This document shows, one piece after another, positions 10,225 to 18,836 of a stretch of DNA of 57,279 nucleotides. The DNA comes from a virus. Lineage: Duplodnaviria; Caudoviricetes. The notes beneath the pieces were generated by a model. That model was not told the origin of the DNA and did no database searches. It worked only from the letters and a program-made list of their open reading frames with translations. Both the position numbers and the translations under genes were made by a program. Every line of letters begins with the position of its first letter. Position 1 is the first letter of the stretch. The stretch lies in IMG/VR virus record IMGVR_UViG_3300021963_006667, positions 1 through 57,279 of that record. One strand, 5' to 3'.

Positions 10225-11353
10225 TGAGGGCGAAGAGTTCCGTAAGTTTAAAGACCACAATACGTACTTTGTGACAGAAGACGCGTTGATGCCACTGCAT
10301 CATGATATAACGTTTAGCCCGACTCGTAAATACTATTGTGGCGCAAATTGTCAAGTTTGTTACATCAAGAAGAAACTAAAGGCACATCTACCGTATTACG
10401 CCGAAGCCATACCCGAAAAGATCACGGTCGAAGACGAAAAGAGATGGTTCGAGATTTTTGAATACTTCTACGTGATTCGAGTAGTCGATGACCTGAAGTT
10501 TTTGAAGGAACACTATCCTCACATCTATGGATGGTACAAAGAACACGCCTCGATCTTTGAGTACGGTATGACTGACAACGCGATCGTTCAGCAGCATGAA
10601 ACTCTCATGGAGTTGGACATGAAGAGTTTGTCCGAGGTCGCTCTGAGCGAAGAGTTCATGAACAAGGTAAACTCGAAGAAGAACTACAACAGGGTGATGG
10701 AGATCCTTCAGAGTTACATCGACAAATACGACCTACACAAGATCAAGGTAATCAAGACTACAAACGAAGAGTTACCTTATCATGCGAGGGAGTTGGTCGA
10801 GTGGATCAACAATAAAGGAATCGTTACGTCTCTGCATAATGACTATCGTAAAACCAATGTAGATGACAACGAACTTGGTAACATTGACCATGACTTAGCC
10901 GGACTCTTCGACTATCAGAATAGTCACGTCCTATGTTACAACGACCGAACATATCAGGTCTATCGTGGATCGTTGCACTTATACGGAGATCGATTCTTCT
11001 ATAGTATCGATGATGCCACCGATATTAACTGGGAACCGTTTCATACTATGAATGGCGACTTTGACCATCAGAAGTTTATGGTCGATATGATCCAAGGCAA
11101 GTTCGATCTGTACTCAAAGTTTGCCGATGAGTTGAAAAATGCTGGAGGTGGTACCGCCGAAAAATTTCGAAGCTACTATATAAATACTACTGACAGCTTT
11201 ATGGTGAACGGCGACTTCAACTTCATACCCAAGATCATGTTAAGTGAAAACTCGAAATACTACAACAAACTGGTAGAGCTTGGGTATCGTCCAACTGAGG
11301 TTGGGTTGTACCTACCTGGAAGCTCACCCAAACCAATCATCGGATTTAGGTAA
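10217..11353 (+). CDS. Divergent radical SAM-like protein
   Basis: N-terminal YYCGANCQVCY (CxxxCxxC) in the usual position; no GGEP motif and no SPASM cysteines. Confidence 0.6.
   Translation: MSDEGEEFRKFKDHNTYFVTEDALMPLHHDITFSPTRKYYCGANCQVCYIKKKLKAHLPYYAEAIPEKITVEDEKRWFEIFEYFYVIRVVDDLKFLKEHYPHIYGWYKEHASIFEYGMTDNAIVQQHETLMELDMKSLSEVALSEEFMNKVNSKKNYNRVMEILQSYIDKYDLHKIKVIKTTNEELPYHARELVEWINNKGIVTSLHNDYRKTNVDDNELGNIDHDLAGLFDYQNSHVLCYNDRTYQVYRGSLHLYGDRFFYSIDDATDINWEPFHTMNGDFDHQKFMVDMIQGKFDLYSKFADELKNAGGGTAEKFRSYYINTTDSFMVNGDFNFIPKIMLSENSKYYNKLVELGYRPTEVGLYLPGSSPKPIIGFR
11179..11186 (+). promoter_or_regulatory. T4-type late promoter TATAAATA upstream of the 123 aa HxH protein gene
   Basis: Exact consensus inside the 3' end of the upstream gene, about 170 nt before ATG 11359. 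Confidence 0.6.
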
Positions 11354-11358
11354 AGACA

Positions 11359-11730
11359 ATGGCATCATATTCAAATACGACATCGGTTGCTGTCGCGACA
11401 TCGCTAAGAACAACATATACAACACCGTTGTTGGCGCAAATTGCAAGTGGTAATACCGTGCAAGCGGCGCATATGACCATGCTTAAAAACTTTGCAAATG
11501 CGATCTTGGTTCATACGCATACGTTAACGGATTACTCACAAATTAAAGAATTTGGTAATACTAATGCTAGTGCGTTTACGGTTGATACTGTTCCCCAAGT
11601 ACCAAGCGCTAACGTCGGTGCAACATACACTGCTGGAAACGTAATCGGCGCGAACGAATACACCGAAATTAGAGTAGCTGTTGAAGCTCTAAGAGTACAC
11701 AGCCATACATGGGATGATGCAATAGTATGA
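11359..11730 (+). CDS. 123 aa protein made of two HxH-motif modules homologous to the 64 aa peptide; candidate substrate or virion protein
   Basis: Contains the HTHTLTD and HSHTWDD modules. It is Thr/Ala-rich, and its stop overlaps the next start (ATGA). Confidence 0.75.
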   Translation: MASYSNTTSVAVATSLRTTYTTPLLAQIASGNTVQAAHMTMLKNFANAILVHTHTLTDYSQIKEFGNTNASAFTVDTVPQVPSANVGATYTAGNVIGANEYTEIRVAVEALRVHSHTWDDAIV

Positions 11731-13001
11731 TGCAACTACCTTGTTATGAACTCAGTGATGGTAGTTCGTTTTATTATGACTCTCACTCAAATACTATTTA
11801 CAACACAGAAGGCGAGCAATTAAGTTTGCCGCCTTCAAAAGCTATTGAATACTACGAATTAGAAGCAGCAAACCATGGGGTGGATTATAAGGTCAACAAC
11901 CCGTTTGCGATTCGTATCCTTCTCGGACATGCGTGTAACTACAACTGCACCTATTGCATGCAGAAAGATATTGGTAATCCGTTAGAGAGACCACAATCGA
12001 TTTATACCGAATCGTTTATTGCTAACATCAAGAAGAATCTAAACCTTGATAGGTTGAACAGAATTGAACTTTGGGGTGGAGAACCTTTCCTATATTGGAA
12101 AGACATGGTCGAGATCATGAAGTTCTTTGATTCTCCCAATAGAGAGTTCTTCATATCAACAAATGGTTCGGCATTTGTACAAAAACACGTTGACTTTTTC
12201 CAAACGTTGAAATCTACAATCTTAATCAGCTGTAGTCATGACGCTGTAGGCCAAAAAGAACTTCGTGGTGACGACATCCTTGAGAACCCAAAGAAGGTCG
12301 ACATCATTAAGAAGATGTTGGCTCTTCCGAATGTACAACTAGGGTTCTCGTCGGTGGTTAGCAATCAGAACCACGACCTATATGCAATCAACGACTACTT
12401 CAAGGAATTCTGTGACCGTGAAGGAATCGAGAACATGAAGATCACCTTCATCCCGGCAAAAAACTATGACGTTCATGACACAGAGATGGCTTCGTCGAAC
12501 TACATTCTGCGTGGTGAAAAGTTGAAAGCGTTCGCTCAACACCTATACGACTTCACACAAGATTCGTTCAACGATCGTACAAGATTCCTACGCAACAACA
12601 TCCTGTACTCGCCCGAGGGTGTGGTGGACTACGCTAAATTCCTGAGACAACAGACTCCGATCACGACCAAGTCTGGCTGTGGTGCAGACTCAAACGACGT
12701 TTTATCGGTTGACATTCAAGGAAACGTTCGCTTATGCCCGCACACCGATAGTAGCTTCATTGCTGGTAAGCTGGAAGATGTAGGTTCGGTAAAGATCAAA
12801 GGCATGGATCTTGCTCGTAAGAAGACTCACTGCATGAAGTGTCCGGTGAAACGACTCTGCAGATCGTCATGCCCTATCAAGTTTCCAGACCACGTGTTCT
12901 ACTCTAACTGCGCACTCGAGAAGGTCTGGTGGGGAAACATCCAACTTCACGCATTTAAATTATTATTCGGACAAACCGTGTCCATGAAAGAGGCAGCATG
13001 A
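11727..13001 (+). CDS. Radical SAM/SPASM-domain protein
   Basis: CNYNCTYC, LWGGEPF and STNG motifs; SPASM cysteines CGAD...LCPH...CMKCPVKRLCRSSCP...C. Confidence 0.9.
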   Translation: MMQLPCYELSDGSSFYYDSHSNTIYNTEGEQLSLPPSKAIEYYELEAANHGVDYKVNNPFAIRILLGHACNYNCTYCMQKDIGNPLERPQSIYTESFIANIKKNLNLDRLNRIELWGGEPFLYWKDMVEIMKFFDSPNREFFISTNGSAFVQKHVDFFQTLKSTILISCSHDAVGQKELRGDDILENPKKVDIIKKMLALPNVQLGFSSVVSNQNHDLYAINDYFKEFCDREGIENMKITFIPAKNYDVHDTEMASSNYILRGEKLKAFAQHLYDFTQDSFNDRTRFLRNNILYSPEGVVDYAKFLRQQTPITTKSGCGADSNDVLSVDIQGNVRLCPHTDSSFIAGKLEDVGSVKIKGMDLARKKTHCMKCPVKRLCRSSCPIKFPDHVFYSNCALEKVWWGNIQLHAFKLLFGQTVSMKEAA

Positions 13002-13744
13002 AACTTAACAAATCACTCATCGAAGAGCATACGTCGATGCTACGCAACCACTCGTTGCTCGTGACCAACAACATCCAAAGCAAAGACGACCTTCGAATCT
13101 TTATGGAACATCACGTGTTCGCCGTCTGGGACTTCATGTCTTTGTTGAAGACTTTGCAAAACGAAGTCGTTCCAAGCAAGACCCCGTGGATGCCCACCCG
13201 TGGGACACGTTCCGACATTGCAAGGATGATTAACGAGATCGTGACCGGTGAAGAGTCTGACATCGCACCAGGCGGAGGATCGATCAGTCACTTCGACCTA
13301 TATCTTCAGGCGATGCTTGAGGTGAATGCAGACACAAGTTCTATTACATCATTTTTGAAGAACCTAGAATGGTCTGGCACCATTCCATACCAACTTGCAC
13401 CAAAACCGGCAGAGAAGTTTATGCGAAACACGTTTGGTACCATTAATCGTGGACCGCACTGTGTTGCTGCTTCGTTTGCATATGGCAGAGAAACCATCAT
13501 TCCTGATATGTTCACTCGACTATTAACCCAACTCAATATCAGTCAACTTGATGCGCCAAAGTTTCATTATTACCTGCAGAGACACATTGAGGTCGACGGT
13601 GATGAACACGGTCCAATGTCTGAGCATCTCGTTGAATATTTCTGTGACGACGATCCTATTAAGGTTCACGAAGCCGAACAATCAGCGATTGCAGCCATCA
13701 AAGCACGTATTGACTTCTTCAACGACATAGAAAAGCTCCTGTAG
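12998..13744 (+). CDS. DUF3050 family heme-oxygenase-like (putative diiron) protein
   Basis: MEHHVFAVWDFMSLLK, INEIVxGEESD, SHFDLYLxAM, FAYGRE and YLQRHIEVDGDEHGP motifs. Confidence 0.85.
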   Translation: MKLNKSLIEEHTSMLRNHSLLVTNNIQSKDDLRIFMEHHVFAVWDFMSLLKTLQNEVVPSKTPWMPTRGTRSDIARMINEIVTGEESDIAPGGGSISHFDLYLQAMLEVNADTSSITSFLKNLEWSGTIPYQLAPKPAEKFMRNTFGTINRGPHCVAASFAYGRETIIPDMFTRLLTQLNISQLDAPKFHYYLQRHIEVDGDEHGPMSEHLVEYFCDDDPIKVHEAEQSAIAAIKARIDFFNDIEKLL

Positions 13745-13752
13745 ACGATTCT

Positions 13753-13760
13753 TATAAATA
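13753..13760 (+). promoter_or_regulatory. T4-type late promoter TATAAATA
   Basis: Exact consensus in the intergenic gap, followed by the AAGGAG RBS. Confidence 0.85.
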
Positions 13761-13785
13761 GTCATAGAACTTAAGGAGATATTCT

Positions 13786-14118
13786 ATGGCTATTAAAGCG
13801 AATTTAGTTATCGATCAGGGCACTTCTTTTAGTGCTACAGTTGACGTAACAGATACTGGTGGTGCGGCTTATAACCTTACCGGATACACTACCGCTGCTC
13901 AAATGCGTAAGAATTATAACTCTTCAAGCGCCGTAACTTTCTCAACTTCACACAACGGTGCATATGGTCAAATCACGTTATCGCTCAACGCCGCTAATAC
14001 AGCGGTTCTTGAGCCTGGACGTTACCTATACGACGTTGAGATTACGTCTGGAAGTGCTATCGTTACTCGAGTCGTCGAAGGAATCGTAACTGTTACACCT
14101 GGAATGACGAGAATCTAA
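13786..14118 (+). CDS. Virion structural protein (baseplate/fibre-attachment-like)
   Basis: ANLVIDQGTSF...AQMRK...GRYLYDVEI...RVVEGIVTVTP, a pattern common in T4-like phage structural regions; late promoter upstream. Confidence 0.7.
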   Translation: MAIKANLVIDQGTSFSATVDVTDTGGAAYNLTGYTTAAQMRKNYNSSSAVTFSTSHNGAYGQITLSLNAANTAVLEPGRYLYDVEITSGSAIVTRVVEGIVTVTPGMTRI

Positions 14119-14119
14119 C

Positions 14120-14365
14120 ATGACTATAAAGGCCACAGTCACTCAAAATGGGAAAACAACTGCTAAGGTAACACCTCAGCAGAACATACTCGTAACTAAC
14201 TATCAGGTAAGTTCGAGTAATATCACCCTAAATGATCTAGTTGACGTTGAAGTAGGCAATCTTCAAGATGGCGCGCTATTATCATATAATCAAAATACTC
14301 AATCTTGGAAAGCTATTACCTCTATAGAGAATCCAAACACAGAAGTTAATGGAGGCTTCTTCTAA
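14120..14365 (+). CDS. Small virion-associated protein
   Basis: LNDLVDV...DGALLSYN...W motif typical of fibre repeats; coupled to the next gene. Confidence 0.65.
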   Translation: MTIKATVTQNGKTTAKVTPQQNILVTNYQVSSSNITLNDLVDVEVGNLQDGALLSYNQNTQSWKAITSIENPNTEVNGGFF

Positions 14366-17300
14366 TGTCACTCATTCGTATTAAAAGATCAGGCACTTCT
14401 GGATCGCCTTCAGCACTTGCACAAGGTGAAATGGGATATTCGTTCTTTGCTGGAACCCAATCAAACGGCGGCGACCGTCTTTATATTGGTACCGGCACTG
14501 AAACAGGTGGTGTAGCTGCAAACATTGAAACCATTGGAGGTAAGTATTTTACCGCTAAGTTGAATCATGTTCCGGGCGTATTAACTGCAAATGCGGCAAT
14601 CATCGTCGATGCAAGCTCTAAGATCGACACACTCAACATCTCTAACATCACGATTACCGGCAACACGATCAGTACGACCGCTACAAACGCGACCCTGATT
14701 CTGGCACCAAACGGTACCGGTGTTATCGACGTTTCTGGTAAGCGTGTTATCAACAGCGCTGCTCCTGTCGCAAATACCGACCTCGTAACTCTTGGACACT
14801 TGAATAACACCTATACCGGCGTTCTTAACATTGCTGGTGATGCTGGAACCGACGCAATCTCTCTAACTTCAGAGACGTTGTTGGTAACCGGTGGCGTGGG
14901 TCTTTCATCCGCAGTTACGGCCAACACGATTACGGTAAACCTTGACAATACCACAGTAACCGCTGGATCTTATGGTGCCGCTGGTTCCGTTGGTACATTC
15001 ACTGTTGATGCTCAGGGTCGACTTACCGCTGCTGGCGCAACTACAATCTCGATCACTTCGGCTCAGGTCAACGACGCGACTGCTCTTGCAACCGCTTCAA
15101 GAATCGTCCTTCGTGACGCTTCAGGAAACTTTGCAGCTAACACGATCACAGCCGCTCTGGCCGGTAATGCTACCACAGCGACCACATTGGCCACGACCCG
15201 TACTCTCTGGGGTCAAAACTTTAACGGCGGTGCAAACGTAACAGGTTCGCTCACATCAGTCGGCGACATTACTGGTACCGCTGGTGTAACACTTACCGCA
15301 ACTGCAGGAACCCTTGCTCTTGCAGCCACAAGTACAAACGTAATCACACTATCGACAAACGCGACTGAAACCCTTCGCATCTCTGCGAACAACAACGTTG
15401 GTATTGGTAACACCACACCAGCCGATAAACTAAGTGTCACTGGTACGTCAAACTTCACTGGTAACATGGCACTCGGTGCAAACGTTGCTATTACCGGAAC
15501 GGTTACTTCGGGAACTTGGCAGGGTTCTATCGTTCAACCTACTTATGGTGGAACTGGTAAGTCAACTCTTCCAGCCGCATTTGCTGCACTAAGTGGGTTT
15601 ACAACGACAGCAACAGCAGCTGGTACAACGGTATTATCAAACACTTCAACCTCTTACCAGATATTTACCGGTGCGACTACTCAAACCATTACGCTTCCTA
15701 ATACGAGCACTCTGGCTACCGGTTGGTTCTTTGAGATTCAAAATAACTCGACTGGCTCGCTTACTATCAACTCGTCTACGGCGGTTAACATCGTTCCTGC
15801 AACTGTGGCCATTGCTGGCACAAGCGTTAGAGTCACATGTATCTCTATCGCGGATAACACAGCAGCCGCGTGGGACGTTGAGGTTGTAGGATTCAGTTCG
15901 TTCACCGGTACTGGTGCGTTTGCACGATCTTTAAGCCCAACTATCACAACTCCTTCCATCACGTACTCCACGTCAGCTGCGATTACCGCTGGTACTAACG
16001 CTCAGGGTCAAGGTGCTCTTACCTCTGACTACAACGTTGTAACGACAACTACCGCTAACCCATCTGGCGTGACGCTTCCAACCGGCGCAACCGGGCGTGT
16101 TGTTACTGTCGTGAACAGGGGAACCAACCCCATCACGATCTATCCAGCAACCGGTGGAGTGATTGATGCTCTTACAACAAACGCTGCAATTACACTTCCT
16201 GTAGGAAGAGAACTTACTTTCAAAGCGTCATCCGCTACTCAATGGTATTCTACGTATAATCTATCAACCGGTCTTGCAGATACGGCAACGATCCTTGCTA
16301 CGACTCGTACGCTATGGGGTCAGAACTTCAACGGTTCTGCTAACGTCACAGGCGACCTAACCTCCGTGGGTAACATAACTGGAACTGGTGCCGTTATCAT
16401 GACGGCAACTGGTGCAAACCCAATAACTTTTGTCACAAATAGCGTTGAAACTCTCAGAGTATCGGCCAACAACAACGTAGGTATTGGCAACACCGCTCCT
16501 GCAGATAAACTAAGCGTCAACGGTACAGCGTACTTTGGTGCTCCAGTTAGAATGGCAGCAAACGTTCAGATCGATGGTACCCTTACAGTCGGCGGAAGTA
16601 CAACTGTTATTAACGCGACGAACCTCTCTGTATCTGATAACATGATTTATCTGAACAACGGTTCAACGGCTACGATCACTGGAGCAGTTTCAAACGGTAC
16701 GACGTTCGTTTATACCGCGCAGAATAACTATAACACAAGCATGGTTGTGACGGTAACTGGAGTTAACCCATCAGGGTTTAACGTTACCGGTGCAACCGTA
16801 ACAGCTGCGAACTCAACAAGCTTCACGATTGCGAACACTTCTTCTCCGGGTGCATACGTAAGCGGTGGTAGTGCAACGGCTAAAACTTCTGCGTATCCAG
16901 ACCTCGGTATTGCTGGTGCATATAACGACGGTACGTATGCTCACGCTGGTATCTTCAGAGATGCTACCGACGGACGTTGGAAGTTCTATCATGGCTACAC
17001 GCCGGAACCAGACGCATCGGTATTCATCGACACCGCAAACAACTCGTTTACACTTTCGGACGTTCAAGCTTCTACGTTTATCGGGGCACTTACCGGAAAC
17101 GCTACAACCGCAAGCTCTGTTAACAACTCAGTAACGTTCAACAACGGTGGATCCGGTGCTGCATCTGGTACCACATTTAATGGTTCCGCAGCTCAGACAA
17201 TCTCGTATAACACGGTTGGTGCGTCTCCACTTGCTGGTTCTACGTCACTTACCACCCTTGGTACAATTGCGACCGGTACATGGAACGGTTCTATTATTGG

Positions 17301-17979
17301 CGGACAGTGGGGTGGTACAGGAGTCAACAACGCCGGTAAGACGATCACGCTTGGAGGAAACGTCTCTACGGGTGGCGATCTTACCACGGCCAATACCTTC
17401 ACGACCTCTGGCAACTTTGCCCTAACGTTGACTCAGACAGCGGCTACAAACGTTACGTTGCCTACAACCGGAACTCTCGCTACGCTTGCGGGAACTGAAA
17501 CGTTTACGAACAAGACCCTGACCCTACCAACGATTGGTGGTACAGGTGCTACGTTCAACGGTTCGACCTCTGGTACAACCGTTCTGAAAGCCTCTGCTGC
17601 TGCAGGTACTACAACAATCACAATGCCAGCCACGACTGGTACTATGGTCACGACCGGTGATACTGGAACCGTTACTTCGACCATGATCGCAAACGACACG
17701 ATCGTTAACGCAGACATCAACTCTGCGGCGGCGATTGCTATCACAAAGCTTGCGGCTTCCACAATCTCTGGTATCTCCCTCGGTAACAACCTTGGTACGC
17801 TTACCTTCGGAACGGGCCTTACTGCAGGTGGTGCAAGCTATAACGGATCGACAGGGGTTACGATAACCGCAGTGACCGCAAACAATACAACTCTGGGTAT
17901 TGCAAGCTTCGACGCGACCAACTTCACGGTAGCGACCGGGGCAGTAAGCATAAATACGATAGATGGTGGTACATACTAA
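14365..17979 (+). CDS. Long tail-fibre-like protein (1204 aa)
   Basis: N-terminal IRIKRS...LAQGEMGY; Thr/Gly-rich; internal duplicate TTRTLWGQNFNG...NNNVGIGNTxPADKLSV; ends IDGGTY. Confidence 0.8.
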   Translation: MSLIRIKRSGTSGSPSALAQGEMGYSFFAGTQSNGGDRLYIGTGTETGGVAANIETIGGKYFTAKLNHVPGVLTANAAIIVDASSKIDTLNISNITITGNTISTTATNATLILAPNGTGVIDVSGKRVINSAAPVANTDLVTLGHLNNTYTGVLNIAGDAGTDAISLTSETLLVTGGVGLSSAVTANTITVNLDNTTVTAGSYGAAGSVGTFTVDAQGRLTAAGATTISITSAQVNDATALATASRIVLRDASGNFAANTITAALAGNATTATTLATTRTLWGQNFNGGANVTGSLTSVGDITGTAGVTLTATAGTLALAATSTNVITLSTNATETLRISANNNVGIGNTTPADKLSVTGTSNFTGNMALGANVAITGTVTSGTWQGSIVQPTYGGTGKSTLPAAFAALSGFTTTATAAGTTVLSNTSTSYQIFTGATTQTITLPNTSTLATGWFFEIQNNSTGSLTINSSTAVNIVPATVAIAGTSVRVTCISIADNTAAAWDVEVVGFSSFTGTGAFARSLSPTITTPSITYSTSAAITAGTNAQGQGALTSDYNVVTTTTANPSGVTLPTGATGRVVTVVNRGTNPITIYPATGGVIDALTTNAAITLPVGRELTFKASSATQWYSTYNLSTGLADTATILATTRTLWGQNFNGSANVTGDLTSVGNITGTGAVIMTATGANPITFVTNSVETLRVSANNNVGIGNTAPADKLSVNGTAYFGAPVRMAANVQIDGTLTVGGSTTVINATNLSVSDNMIYLNNGSTATITGAVSNGTTFVYTAQNNYNTSMVVTVTGVNPSGFNVTGATVTAANSTSFTIANTSSPGAYVSGGSATAKTSAYPDLGIAGAYNDGTYAHAGIFRDATDGRWKFYHGYTPEPDASVFIDTANNSFTLSDVQASTFIGALTGNATTASSVNNSVTFNNGGSGAASGTTFNGSAAQTISYNTVGASPLAGSTSLTTLGTIATGTWNGSIIGGQWGGTGVNNAGKTITLGGNVSTGGDLTTANTFTTSGNFALTLTQTAATNVTLPTTGTLATLAGTETFTNKTLTLPTIGGTGATFNGSTSGTTVLKASAAAGTTTITMPATTGTMVTTGDTGTVTSTMIANDTIVNADINSAAAIAITKLAASTISGISLGNNLGTLTFGTGLTAGGASYNGSTGVTITAVTANNTTLGIASFDATNFTVATGAVSINTIDGGTY

Positions 17980-18030
17980 CCATTACTAATCTCATAGGCT
18001 ATATAGCCATTATACATACGTGAGGGACAT

Positions 18031-18825
18031 ATGTCAACCGTTCAGTTAAAACGGAGTGCTACAGCGTCTAAAGTTCCGCTAGTCGGTGACTTGCAACTAG
18101 GCGAGTTAGCACTCAACACATACGATGGCCGAATATTCTTTAAGAAGGATCCGGGCACTCCATCTATCGTCACAGTGGTTACCACCGCTGACAGTCAAAC
18201 ACTTACCAACAAGACTTTATCTGCCCCGATAATAACCGGAAACATCACAGCAAACGGAGCCGTTGGTGCTGCCGGTACAGTTTTGGCGTCTAACGGTACT
18301 AGTGTGTTTTGGAAGTCAGCGCTGTATTCGACAACAAACATCTCCGATACCGCCCCACTTTCCCCGTTAAACGGAGATCTTTGGTTTGACTCAACTGACG
18401 GTTCTCTCAACGTGTATTATAATGACGGCACCAGCTCGCAATGGGTAAGTGCTATCTCAAACCAAACGGATGCCGCATACATCGTAAAGACTGCGAACTA
18501 CACCGCTACAAATCGTGACCATATCCTTGCGGATACTACGTCTGGTTCGTTTACCATCACCCTTCCTGCAACTCCTGCCATCGGCCACAACGTTGTACTT
18601 TATGATAACAACAGTTGGGGAACAAATAACTTAACTGTTGCAAGAAACGGAAACACCATTGAATCTATCGCTGATGACTTCTTACTCGACGTCTCTTCAA
18701 TCAAGGTAGAGTTCATATATAATGGAAGCACGTGGCAGATCTACTCGTCGCTCGGCCAGTCGACCCAGGCTGCATCCGGTATTGGTAGCTCTACCGCCGC
18801 AGCACTTGCAATAGCACTAGGATAA
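18031..18825 (+). CDS. Tail-fibre-like virion protein
   Basis: VQLKRS...LQLGELALNTYDG N-terminus; GDLWFDS and FTITLPATP...NNLTVARNG modules. Confidence 0.75.
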   Translation: MSTVQLKRSATASKVPLVGDLQLGELALNTYDGRIFFKKDPGTPSIVTVVTTADSQTLTNKTLSAPIITGNITANGAVGAAGTVLASNGTSVFWKSALYSTTNISDTAPLSPLNGDLWFDSTDGSLNVYYNDGTSSQWVSAISNQTDAAYIVKTANYTATNRDHILADTTSGSFTITLPATPAIGHNVVLYDNNSWGTNNLTVARNGNTIESIADDFLLDVSSIKVEFIYNGSTWQIYSSLGQSTQAASGIGSSTAAALAIALG

Positions 18826-18836
18826 ATGAGGATTCA

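Noticed and set aside
2902-13744. Radical SAM genes as queuosine/7-deazaguanine, anaerobic RNR activase or cofactor biosynthesis genes
   Set aside because: No QueC, QueD, FolE, DpdA, NrdD or Moa/Pqq partners are visible. SPASM cysteines and adjacent small proteins fit peptide or protein modification better.
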